Below the pieces are notes generated by a model. It was not told the DNA's origin and made no database searches. It saw only the letters and a program-made list of their open reading frames with translations. Made by a program: the position numbers and the translations under genes. Source: Selaginella moellendorffii (lineage: Eukaryota > Plantae > Lycopodiophyta). Taken from it: a stretch of DNA of 64,000 nucleotides. The stretch lies in assembly GCF_000143415.4 (NCBI RefSeq), contig NW_003314270.1, forward strand, positions 2,287,048-2,351,047, given 5' to 3'. How positions within the stretch are numbered: the first letter of the stretch is position 1; each line of letters opens with the position of its first letter. Positions 52,587-64,000 of the stretch are shown here, in pieces.

Positions 52587-55281
52587 TCATTTCTTCTTGT
52601 ATATTGCGCTAGGCCACCTCTTGTTTGCGCGCATCTTCTTTCTATATCTCCATAGCGTTTGGATCTTCCCCGCTCCCCATGATCTCAGGAAGTGCGATTC
52701 ACATCTAGAAAGAAGACTCGTGAATTTTCTTGTAGAAAATCTTCGAGGAAGAACAAAACTTGTGTACCTGATAGCTCTTTGCACTTGTGGATCTTGTAGC
52801 AACTTGAAGTCGCGGCTCACTTCTTCCAGAGCTTGCCTCCCGATGGAAAAGGCCTCGACGTTACCTTGGCACACGACTGTTCTAGTGGAGATGGCTCGGA
52901 TTTGCTTGGAGAAGCGAGAGTTGAAGAGAGACATCGTCAGCAGCTCTTCGCCGCAGATATCTCCGCCTCGCAGCATTGCGTCAGAGCCGTCCTCGTTTTT
53001 GCTTTGCAGCGTTCCTCGGACAATGATGAGCATCTGGTGGACGTAAACACCACGACGCGCGACCTCGCAGCCGTCGATGTAGAGCTTTTGACGCAAGCGC
53101 TGGAAGATCTGGTCGAGCGAGTGCTCACCCATGGCTCTTAGAAGAGGAACCTGGAAAATAGAAAACCATGGTGAAGTTTGTCAATCATGTACTCGGAAAA
53201 AACCTTTTGCACGAGATCTGTGAAGAGCAGCCTGCGAATATCTCTGTGCAGATCTTCCGGTAAGTCCTCCAACAGCTCCTCTTCCCCGACACCGGTGGTT
53301 GCTGCCCAGTGAAATCTCTCAAATTGTCTCACTCGCCTTGAAAGAACACAAAGTAAATTTCACGAGAAGCTAAAAACATTCAGTCATACTTTCTTAAGTC
53401 TTGAGGTAGATGACGGCGGTTCATCCATTTCTCAACGTCGTATCGTTTTAACTGCATTTCCAAGGATCTGAGAAAAAAACAGACGTGAGAACCAAGGCGA
53501 AAGTCTAGAGATACCTGCGACCGAGGGACTGTAGAAAGCTTTGCATGTTGCCGATGAGCAACGTTAACAGTAGCAGGCCCAGTCCAATGACCGTCATCAC
53601 AAAAACGACCTCCCAGATGAACAGGCTCGGAATCTGGTTTCCAGCTAACGTACTGATTTGCTGCATTGATCACGAAGCGAGCAACATCTATCAACAGCTT
53701 CCAACTTCCACTTACCTGAAACCCCCAAACTAAGGAGAAAATATATCTGGTAAAGCTGTTATTATGTGTAGTCACCAGCACAGCAGGTTGATATATACCG
53801 TATGTGAAGACGCGAGATGGACTGTCAAAGCACTGAGTAGCGTTTTCATTGTTCACCCACAAGCTCCTGACGGCATTTCCAATGAGACGTTCTTGCAGGG
53901 TTCCATTGCCGCAGTCTAGAAAGTCTCCAATGCATCGTGAACTGGTCGCATTTCTGCAAGCGTTATGCAAACATTGGTTCACTCTCTGCATACGTAGAAA
54001 ACAGTGTTACCCTTGAAATACTTGTGATTGGTAAAGTACTAAAACCATACCTGCAACCCGAAAAGGTACCAGCAAGAGCCAACGACGTGGCCTGAAAGGA
54101 GATAGAGAAGAATATTGATGACGAAGTTCGCCCAAGCGGTCTCAAAGATAAAACCGATAGAAGTATATCCTGAAAGAAACGGCAGCACTCTAATTATGCG
54201 TGGGACGCATTGGAGTAGCATTGTGACGCGGAGCACATTTTTGAAGTAGTTTGCACCAGATGCTCCCATGTAACGCGGCACAACAAGTTTGATCATAATC
54301 TGGATGATCATGAAGTGATTTAGCGTAAAATCAAGAAAAAAAATTGAGCTTACTTGTGGAAGAGGCAAAGTTGACAAAAGATCCAGCAAAAACCATCCCG
54401 TCAAGTACTTCCACGCTATTTTCCTGGGACTGTCGACAAGATCCCGAGTTGCAAAGGAAACTTTGCGGCCGGACAAAAATCTCCTCTCTGGCCTCTCGAT
54501 TTCAAGAACCGATGAAGCAACATACGCCAGCCGAAACTGCGATGATCTAATCACGTGAACTTGAATTTCTTGAAAGAAGGAAAGGGAAAGACAAAACCGT
54601 CACCTGGAGGAGGATGTGCATGAGATAAATCGTGTCAGTGATACTTCTCAAGATTAGCAAAACAGTGGAAGCTTTCTGGTCGATGTAAATGCACTTTTGG
54701 TACTGCCATGAAACAGTGAACAGTTCCAAATAATTCTGTCCGATCTGATGCCGAAAGCTAACAAGAAGCTCACCTGCTTTACCGCGAGGAGGAAAAAAAA
54801 TAGTGGATCCAGGAAAACGCTGGAGAGACAAGACAGAACAAAGAACTTGTTCCAGCGTTGGACGAACTTGGTGTGAGGATTTATGACTCCGCGTGACAAG
54901 TGGTACCAAATCTCGCGGAGCACTAGCCACAACTTTCGTAAACATCCAGGCACCGCAACACTTCCCTACAAGTGGAAACTCTTGAGCAATGGATGCGAGA
55001 ATTCACTCAAAACTCACCACATAGCCCTTCTCCTTCTTGTGGAAATTGGGGTCAAGATAGGCCGGACAAGTCGTACACAGCGGATTGTCGCATTTTCCCA
55101 GAGGACCCGACTGGATCAAGTGCTCGTGCTTGGCCACGCAATCCGGAGCTACGCGCTTGGAACTTCCCCTCTTCCGATCCTCAGCTCGGATCGAAGGAGG
55201 CTGCGAAAGGGGGCCTGAAAGCTCAATGCCGTGTAGCATCGGGCTATCGTCAGGCTTATCGTCAGTATAGCCGATCATCAT
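52587..55281 (-). CDS. Cyclic nucleotide-gated channel (CNGC19/20-like)
   Basis: SGPLGKCDNPLCTTCP, FETAWANF, cNMP-binding GDICGEELL and IQ-like IQTLWR motifs. Confidence 0.93.
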
Positions 55282-55460
55282 CTCGCGCTTCCGCCGCTTC
55301 GATCCAATCTACGCTACCATTGAAAATCCCTGCCAAAATCCCTTTGAATTACCCCGCGCCATTCCCATTCCACCAAAAACCCTACTGGAGGTAGAACAAA
55401 GCCATTTTGACTCTTGGTCACACTGGTAAAAATCCTTGTCTCTGTGCAATAATTTACGTT

Positions 55461-57102
55461 TTACTTGGACCCAGTGAGAATCTCGAAGAGCGTCTCTCCA
55501 GCAAACACGAGGAATAGCGTCCCGCCAATGTACGCAATCGCCTGTAGAAAAGATGAAAAATGCGAAAGATTATTTTTCTCGATTTGGGCTTTAGCTCCAA
55601 CCTTTTCGGAGATGTAGTTTCCCATAATCGATCCACCAAGAACAGCGAGCTGGAAAGAAGAAAGCCTGTAAAACACTCTCGTTCGAGCCATGGAGTCGAG
55701 ATTCTTACCAATGTAGCAGCGCCATGACCAGCGATAGCTCCAGCCACCACACCAACAGGAGAGGACGCCGCTGCTAGAGCTGGTGGACGAAGAACTCGCG
55801 TCAAGTTTTTTCATGTTGGTTTGAACCAAGCAAAGGACTGGAAGTTTGATCCATTCACCTATTGTCGAGAAGAACGACTTGTCTCCCCACTCAGCCACGA
55901 ACACCAGAGCGAATGTTGAGAGAACTACGCTGCTCGTCGAGCCGCCGCCACCGTTTACTCCAGCAACGGCCAGTTCCGCCTAGAGGTCAGCAAGCACGAG
56001 ATAGCTGACGTGAATTCTATGAGCTTTTGCGTACCTCTTGTTGCTCCTCTTGTGATTTTGATCCTTCCATAGAAGAAGCGTCCAGCAGCGTAGACACTCC
56101 GAAGTAAATCTACATGGAAGTCCTTTTGATAACAAGGAAACGCAAACGAAAATGGAATGTTTACCAGCAAAGCAACAGCGGCAAGGTCGTCTAGCGGTAT
56201 TTCGTTGCTGCCTAAGCTGCAAGAGATCTGGAGATTGGTTTGAGATTCCAGTTCTTCTGATTACCTGAAAGGTAGAACACCGTCTATATAATGAAATGCC
56301 CGTCCTAAAATTACAGATATCAATGTCATGGCTCTGCATGAAAGAAGGAACAACGTATCTTCAAGCAAAGATAACGTATGAACTATAGCTATAGCTTACA
56401 CAAGAGCTCCAAATGTTCCAGTAAAAACAGCAACATTGGATCTCCTGCTCGCCAAGATTGCCTGTATAAACACAATTCATGGAAACTCGAGATTGGAGGA
56501 GATTACCGCAATAAAGAATGTTTTGTCTCCCAACTCCGAGAAAAATATTAGAAGAAACGCCTGCAAAACTTTCAAAAGATCGTTCCTCCATGAAAGAAAA
56601 TTCTCTAGGTACCAATGTAAAACCGCTTTGAATCTCGTCAATGCTTCCCAAAAATCCCAAAAATGATGCGCTTTGTTGAGCGTCGGCCATGGAACTTCCA
56701 GCCCAGGCCTGAGTGAGTGATTGCAACGCGAAAAAACCACTCACAGTCGCCACCTGGAGGATCAAGCGTCGCAAATTGTTGATATTTTCTTCTCTCTGTC
56801 TCACATTCGTGAAATCCGAGCCAGGGAACGCTGGAAACCGATCCGGCTGACAAAATCACCATGAAAACGAGCTCTACATCTCGAAAATGTCACACACTAC
56901 CTGGAAATCCGACGAGAAGCCGATCGACCCTGCCAAATCTGGCGGCATCCTGTTGGAAACCCTGGAATGCAGCCTCACATCCTGATCTACGATCCGAATC
57001 GAAGCTCTCTGCCGCTTGCAAATCGATGGAACCGCAAGGCGTCGCCGCCATGGCGCAACCAAACCCTCGCCATGCGTCCACAATGTGCCCGACGCAAGGC
57101 AT
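55461..57102 (-). CDS. PAM71: UPF0016/GDT1-family Mn/Ca transporter, PAM71-like
   Basis: FFSELGDKTFFIA and AEWGDKSFFSTI motifs; start codon uncertain. Confidence 0.85.
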
Positions 57103-57258
57103 TTGGAGCAGGGCATTGCTCCAATGAAGCTCGCGCGCTAGCAATCTATCTCCAACGCTAAAGCGCGAGGCCTGCCACGTGGCTCCAATGGAGATTCGAT
57201 ACTTAGGAGAGTCGAACCCGCGACGTTCTTTAAGATGGATTAGAGACAATACATTCGA

Positions 57259-58344
57259 TCAATAGAAGCTTAGACCAAAAATTTCTCCCGCTAGAACAGC
57301 GAAGCCAAACGCGATGGCTACGATCGAGGACGCCCACGAGAGCTTGCGAGTGATCCACGGGATCTTCTCGTGAAGCGCCTGGCTGCAAGATCCCAAGAAC
57401 ACGGTGTAGCTGCTCATGGCCGCCACGGTTCCAACCAGAAACATCGCGAGGAAGGAGACCCCGGCCAGTCCGGACGGCATCGCCAGCGCTGGAAGGATCA
57501 TGAGAAGCGCGTCCGGCTGCAAGCCATAGACGATCCCGGTCGCGAAAGTAAAGCCCAGCGATTTCTTCTTCGTCACAGCAGCCTCTTCCTCCACGGCTGG
57601 CGATTCCTGTGCTTCTTTGATCCCCACTGCTCCGATCGCGATGAGAGTCAAGCCCACCACTCGAGCTCCCCACGTCCGGAGCACCTCGATCTTGAGCCTG
57701 TCCTTGAGCAGCAGGAAGAAGAAGCCGAAGAGGACCTGGCCGGCGTCGTGACCGCATCCCCACACCGCACCAACGGCGGCACTCTCGAGCTTTGATCGTC
57801 GGCCGATGCAAAGGGGCGCTAGAGCTGCCAAGTGGTCCGGGCCAGTGAGAGTGTGGAGGCCTCCAGCGATCAATCCAGCCCAAGCACTCACCAGTGCAAT
57901 GCCGAGCTGGTTTGTCGATGCCTCCCTCGCCACATTCTTCTCAAACGTTGCGGCGAAGGCCCTGCCGGATCGCAAGGCCAAAACGATGGTGGCGGCCGCG
58001 AGAACAGCAGGCACAACCCATTCCAACACCTGTGGATGGAAGAACTTAGATCAATGAGACTTTTTTTTTCTTGTCTAAACGACTCTTACCGGTCTTTTGC
58101 GTTGTCCAAAGTTCTCGCTCTCGCTTTTGATGCTGGAACTAGAAGAATCAGCGCTCCAAAACGCTTGGCAGCGAGTTTTGCCATTCCAATGCCGTGCTGT
58201 GCTGCGCCATAGCTCCAGATTTCTCGCCCGGAGACACCTGTTCGTCTTCCATCTACAAGAAGAGAGGCTTCCCACGCCGCCTCCGATTGAAACGAGCCGT
58301 GGCTGCGGGAGCTGGATGCCGCCATGGGCCGCAAGGCACCGCAT
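57259..58344 (-). CDS. Chloroplast UreH/NiCoT-like membrane protein (CGF-like)
   Basis: LHTLTGPDHLAAL, WGCGHDAGQ and GLQPDAL motifs; transit-peptide-like exon 58090-58344 spliced in phase 0. Confidence 0.85.
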
Positions 58345-58429
58345 TCTCCGCCTGAACGAAATCACAGCGCCATCGCCCGCCTAGGAATCTATCTAAACCC
58401 TATGCAAAACCCTAGAAAGGAAGAGAAGA

Positions 58430-58846
58430 TCATTGATCCGGGGGAGCAGCGGCGGTGGCCGATGGCGCGAGATTCCCAGCGGCGCCAGCGGCGGCGCCAG
58501 CACTGGATGTATCCGCGAAATATTCCGGACGCCGCATCTCCACACCGTATTCCTTGAGCGCGCTCACAAGATCGTCGTGGCTGAGCACCATCTTGCGCTG
58601 CTGCTTGGCCCCCGACGACGATCCCCCCACGCCCTGCCGCATCTTGCAGTATTGCATCGCGTCGCTGGCGATCTCCGCCACGAATTTCTGCGCCGCCACG
58701 GACAGGAGCCTCTTGACGCCCACATCCGAGCACTGGAATCCCGCCGCCGCGGCGTAGTAATCGACGAGCTCGTCCGGGAATGTGGGGACGTAATCGGCGA
58801 GGAAAGAGAGGAAATCCACTAGTAGCTTGTCCCCAGCCCTGTCCAT
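58430..58846 (-). CDS. TAF10: TFIID subunit 10
   Basis: DYVPTFPDELVDYY...RLLSVAAQKFVAEIASDA...DLVSALKEYGV. Confidence 0.93.
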   Translation of the reverse strand: MDRAGDKLLVDFLSFLADYVPTFPDELVDYYAAAAGFQCSDVGVKRLLSVAAQKFVAEIASDAMQYCKMRQGVGGSSSGAKQQRKMVLSHDDLVSALKEYGVEMRRPEYFADTSSAGAAAGAAGNLAPSATAAAPPDQ

Positions 58847-58849
58847 CTT

Positions 58850-59000
58850 CGCGAAAGCGCGATGCCTTCTTCGGGGAGGAGGTTTTATATATCAAAAAGT
58901 ATCCCAGTGACGTAGACGCCACGTCATCTACGTGGCCACGTCACTATTGAGGGTTTAACATTTTAGGGTTCTTGGGAAGAGGGAAATCGTGCGAGCGGCA
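58850..59000. promoter_or_regulatory. Compact bidirectional promoter between TAF10 and TAD3
   Basis: Divergent genes; cluster of four ACGT cores (58909-58942), a TATA-like element and a telo-box-like TTTAGGGTT. Confidence 0.5.
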
Positions 59001-59127
59001 ATGGCGCTAGCGTCGGCGTGCTGCTCCGGATCGGCATTTCCCACAGCGATCTGGGAGAGAGGGCGAAAGCTGCTGGTATGAGCGATTTGCCAGGCGGCTT
59101 AGACTTGCTCCCACAAATTCCTGGCAG

Positions 59128-60544
59128 ATGGATCGACAGCGCTGGTCGATCGTCCACATTCCTGGCCACGAGGAGGTCGATTCATCGGCAACAGGTATGG
59201 GACAGAGTGTGATTGTTTGGTATCTGAACATATCGGCGCAGTGGATGCTTTTGCTGCGCACATTCAAGGAAAGCTTGCGAGTGTTCTTATAAAGTGAGTG
59301 TTTTCTTTGTTCTTTTCTCATCGTGAAAGGTAGAATCTTACGTTGTGTTTTTTAGGGAGCTTAGTGTCGTATTTCCTCTCACTGACTTGAGCCATATAAA
59401 ACGAATTCGATCGAAGCGCGATACAGAAGGTGCGTGACTCCGTTTTCTTAGAAGGTAGTATAAGATGATTCAAAAGCAGGTCCCCTTTCGATCATTCTGT
59501 GCACACGAACCGATGATTCAAGCGCGATTCCATCGCAAGTAGCCGAGCTGGTTGAGAAGCACAGCTTGGAAACTTTCATTGCCAAGGTCGGTAGTTTAGG
59601 ACGTTCTATCAGTTCTTCAATCTAGTGACTTTACTTCTCCTTGTAGATTCCTAAGCATCCGGCTGCAGACAGGGAAGAATGGGCTACCCAATACAATCTC
59701 TGGCCGACAACGTTCCACCCCAGCAGGTAAGTGTGAGCGAAACCACTAGCTGTGATCTCAGCTTTGTTTTTTCTTCAAAGTGCAAGGCCTTCGAAAATCC
59801 AGTTTAACGAAGACGAAGAGAGAACGATAGCTGCATTCATGGTGAGAGCGATGCATCAAGCTTCACTGGCAATCGACCATGGCCGGGTAAGCTATCTTGG
59901 TTGATGTAAACCTCCCAAGAACTTATATGTGTTTTGATTTATTTATTTTGGCTCAGCTTTCAAATGGTGCTGTGATAGTTGATCCATCCATCGGCCAGGT
60001 AATTGCTAGTGGCTATGATGAATCCACTCCACCATCTTGCACGGATTGTTCATCTTGCAGTGGAGGCTGGCATCCTCTCCGGCACGCAGCTATGGTCGCC
60101 ATTGAGCAAGCGTCCGAGAGGGATCGACGTTTGTTTCCCGACGATAAAGAATGCGACGAAGCTACGCTATCCGTCAAGAGACAACGCTGCGAAGCCAGCG
60201 CTGCCGAGAGCATCCACATCGAGTCGAGGTCCTCCTCTATCACGGTCGAGGCTTCTCGGCCTTACCTCTGCACGGGATTCGACATATACTTGACGAGGGA
60301 GCCCTGTGCAATGTAAGGGTTGTTTTCGTGAAGTGAGCTTTGTTTGCTGCTTGCTAAGCTTGTTTTCTTCTTCAGGTGTGCAATGGCTATGGTGCATCAG
60401 AGATTTCGAAGGGTCATCTTTAGAACCTCAAATCCAGACAATGGAGCTCTCGGTGGGAAGTTTTTCCTACACAGACAACCGAGCTTAAACCATCACTACA
60501 CTGTCATCCAAGCGACTCTAGCGGAAGACAACTACACACATTAA
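59128..60544 (+). CDS. TAD3: tRNA-specific adenosine deaminase subunit TAD3/ADAT3
   Basis: MDRQRWSIVHIP start; HPLRHAAMVAI (no catalytic Glu), YLCTGFD, REPCAMCAMA and LNHHY motifs. Confidence 0.9.
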
Positions 60545-60599
60545 CACAAGAGCTACAAAACTTTGTTTTTGTTCAGTGCAAGCTCGATCTCTTTGCTAA

Positions 60600-63547
60600 G
60601 ATTGTGAGCTTCTCTAACGTATGATATCTCTTCTACTGATCTCACAAGCACGCGAGCTTTGTTGTCAAGTTCTCTAGGACAAATCTCGCAAACCAGAGAC
60701 TGCAAGTAGCAAGAAAAAACTCCTCGTCAATACAAGCCGCCTTTGAAATGTATACCAATTACTTACCATAGGAGGACGATGACAGGCTCTAGTTGCAAAC
60801 ATGTCGATGATCGCATGGTCGCTTTCGCTTAGAGGTGTACTTCCATCGCCTAGAACTCGATAACTTTGCGAGAAGTCTTTCCTCTGGTCTCTTTCGTAGA
60901 CAATGCGCTCATAGTTGCGAAGAATGGCACACAAGGCGTTCGTGTGCCTTGTAACGCATTGGTCCCGATCAAATTTCAGTCCCAAGAGGTGATCAGCAAG
61001 CACTCCGTGAGCCGAGCACTCGGTTACGCCAGAGCCATCATCTGGATATAAAGTTTGGAGGCACAGGTTGGTACAAGTGGAGCAATCGCTTACCAATGAC
61101 GAAACAACCAAAAGAGACATTGATGTTGGACACGAGACTTTTGGCAGGAGTGTAGCCTAGCCATTTATTCCAGACGAGCACGAGTTTTGATACGGCAACA
61201 ACCTGTACAAGCTCGCATTTCAGTGTATGGACAATGTTGTATGTAAACAAAACATACCCTCGCGCGAAAGCTTATTGTAGACGATGATGACGGCGGTAGG
61301 TTAGGCAAGCTAGAAATCCAGTGTGGACTGGACTTCGGTATTTCGCATCCCAAAGCTGAACAGCGGTAAGCATCTTTGGAGCTGAACACAAAATAAAAAT
61401 GGCAGCTCCCAGGCGTTCCTTCCATCACTAAATCAAATTTGGACACCTGAAAGAAAGACTACTCACGAACAAAGAAGAATAAAAGCGCAAAACCTTGTAA
61501 ACTTGATATAGCATCGATGAGCAATGGAGGTCCGGAATTACGACGTGTATCTCGTGCGTCGCATCAAAAAACTGAAGGGCCCCCGAGGTTTTAGAGACCT
61601 GTCAGCGCCTTGTTATTTTCCAAAACTTATGAAGCATGTATACCTCGAGGCGGCCCAAAACAACAAAATTCAAGTCGTCACTGGAAATAATGCAACGATT
61701 GAAACGGTTGCTCTGCTGTTTTTGCTGCCAGATAAATGAACTAGAGTCCTCCCAGAGTTGCTGAAGATATTCTTTGAGTTCCAAAAAGGGTGGAATTCTC
61801 TGCCGATACAGGATGCCTGGAGTTTGAAGCTTCAAAATGGAAAGAGAGAAACCTGCAAAGACGACTTAATATTTCCCCTTTGTCCAAGGAAGCAAGATTG
61901 CTCGTGAGACATAAACTCCTTCAAACCATCCTGAACGCGGAAGCTAAAATTCATGGACCTTTGCATTAGTACATACCCGAGAAACACGCGTCGACGTCGT
62001 TTGAATGCAATCGAAAACATCCGGTCCACTGCCCAGCTTCTTTCTCAAATCTAAGACTGCTCGAAGTAACCTGCTCAAGAAAGTCTTCGCATTTTTTTTT
62101 TCGTGAGAATGGAAACGGAAAGCTTACCCAAATGTCTCTGTAAAAGATAAGTGCTGAAATTTACTTAGGCATGCGGTTCTCACAGGCACTGAAATGCTGA
62201 ACATAGAGAAGGTAACACAAAGTTAAAAAGGACCGTAAGAACTTACACAGTATCTAACGAAGAAAAGCAAACAATTTTTACAGTAGAACGAAAGCAAGCA
62301 CCCAGCAATAGGTACTTTCTCCAGCCCCAGCCTACAGCAGCGATATGTACATTAAGAGCGAGTATCTGTAAGCCATTGATAGTCAGGAAAAAACCGTAAA
62401 GAAGAAACGGAAATGTTTTTACCGTTGCTCCAACGCGAAGACCATGCAGAAAAGTATGCTCCTGGTGAGTCAGTAGCAAGCAAACGTTCTCATCCAGCTC
62501 CACCATCCTTCCTTCGAATTGTACCCCAGTAACTACACCAACGTAGGAGCCAAAAGTTTTCTTGTCCCGAACCAGATCAGTCCGCAAGCTTCTCGGACGC
62601 TCAAGTTCATCCGGTGTTCGGCTGACGAAAGTAGTCCTTGTGGCCGCCAAAATCAGGTGCAAGTCTTTCGGCCCAACGCTGATCATTTTCTTTCTTAGAC
62701 CGGTGATGCAAATCCAGCTACCGACGCAATCCAGTAGAACAGGACGCCAGGCAGACAAAGCCCCCGAGAAGAAAACCCGAACCAGCTGACCATCTTCTTC
62801 CGCATCTTTCTTCGAGCGTAGACGCTGATGACTACAGTTCCTTAGCTCCACAAGAAAGCCTTTAAGGACCTGTCCATCGCCCTTTTCACCCCCAGCGAAC
62901 AAGCTCTTCGCCATGGAAAACGTTGAGCGTGTGCAGGGAAGAGCGAAGGATGGGCTAAAACAATGCAAGCATCCCCGCATCGTGAGCCGAGCCTTTCCAC
63001 CACTTCGTTTCAGAGGTGGCGTCTCCAGCATCTCATTCTTCACGTCGGCCGACGCTGGACTGAGACACAACCGTGGAAAAACCTGAAGTATCGATCCATC
63101 TTGCACGACATGAAGCTCATGGACCTCCAGACAAACGGAGAGAAAATCCTCCCTTGCTTTCTCAGGCTTGAGCTTTCGAATAGAGGGAATGTAGTTGAAA
63201 GACGTGATCACCACTTTGGAACCCAGAGGACACTGATCCACGTTCCTTAGCAAGCAACACCCCACACCTGTATCATCTGCAAGGGCGAAGCTATCCCCAG
63301 AATGCCCAGACGAGGAGTGGCAGCAAAATCCCTCGTTCCAGAGCTGGATCTTGCCTACGATTACCCACGGAACCCTTGAAGCCAGCAGCAGACCCCCTCT
63401 AGGTTCCTCTACTTGTACCTTCTGGCGCTTGGAAACACCGAATGCGGGCGCATCACTACCTGGATCTGCGGCAACTGTGAAGGGACCCGTGAAGCGCTCC
63501 AGGTCACGCAACCGAAGACGAGGGCGGCCTCGCCACTCTTCCTCCAT
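60600..63547 (-). CDS. CTC1: CST complex subunit CTC1-like (3' end uncertain)
   Basis: GSYVGVVTGV...VELDENVCLLLT...LRVGA...NVH...LLGACFRST resembles plant CTC1 as recalled. Confidence 0.75.
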
Positions 63548-63979
63548 AGCTAGGGCTCATAAACCCTAAATTTCAAAATTCATGTTGCCGCCTGTTTGGA
63601 GGCTAAGCAAAATTCGCGTAATGCTTTTCTAAAGCCTCAGAGAATTGCTCGTAGCAACAGGTAGAAACCTCGGTGACAAGAAAAGTGCTTCTCCCATTGC
63701 TTCTGCTGCCCGGACTGAATGTTGCAATGCAACATTACTTGGATTACTAATTCTCCTCAAACAGTGAGAAAACGTATGATAATAGACAAGATCTTGCTGG
63801 ATATGCCACTCTTCAATGCTGCGGCTGTCTCCAATAACAGCTCTTCTTGGGATGAATTGCACTTGCTTGTCTCGATGCAAAGATTTTCTATTCTAATCCT
63901 ATGAAAACCACAATTTTTAACCAACTATATTAATTTGATATCCATTATAATTATTATATTAATTTAGCTCTGTGTAAAT

Positions 63980-63998
63980 TGTGTGTGTGTGTGTGTGT
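63980..63998. repeat. (TG)n microsatellite
   Basis: Directly visible. Confidence 0.9.
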
Positions 63999-64000
63999 CT

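Noticed and set aside
60060-60105. Deaminase lacking the catalytic Glu
   Set aside because: Normal for TAD3/ADAT3 subunits.

Overview
Compact, intron-containing land-plant genomic DNA. The ~50-90 bp introns and very high gene density resemble the lycophyte Selaginella (inference). 1-12.4 kb is a nest of LTR retrotransposons: a near-intact Ty3/gypsy element with 175-bp LTRs, a tRNA-Ala PBS and a -1 frameshift slippery site plus pseudoknot; two decayed relatives; copia and chromovirus remnants; and solo LTRs. Then come tRNA-Lys(CTT) and a dense gene run: STIG1-like, stearoyl-ACP desaturase, PIP5K, UROD, RuvBL2, beta-ureidopropionase, F-box/LRR, RAD51, ABCG, CNGC, PAM71-like, CGF/UreH-like, TAF10, TAD3 and CTC1. 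The 22.6-50 kb region has been reshuffled by local duplications around two types of trypsin-fold gene. One type has a full His-Asp-Ser triad (one intact-looking gene and three decayed copies hidden in AT-rich DNA). The other is a catalytically dead type with a probable ubiquitin-like N-terminus (two intact genes, one pseudogene). RAD51, ABCG, F-box and RuvBL2 fragments were duplicated with them. Other highlights are a trihelix/Myb-SANT domain in the same exon and frame as beta-ureidopropionase, and a fossil Merlin/IS1595-type transposase. All calls come from manual reading and motif recall; no database searches were run.
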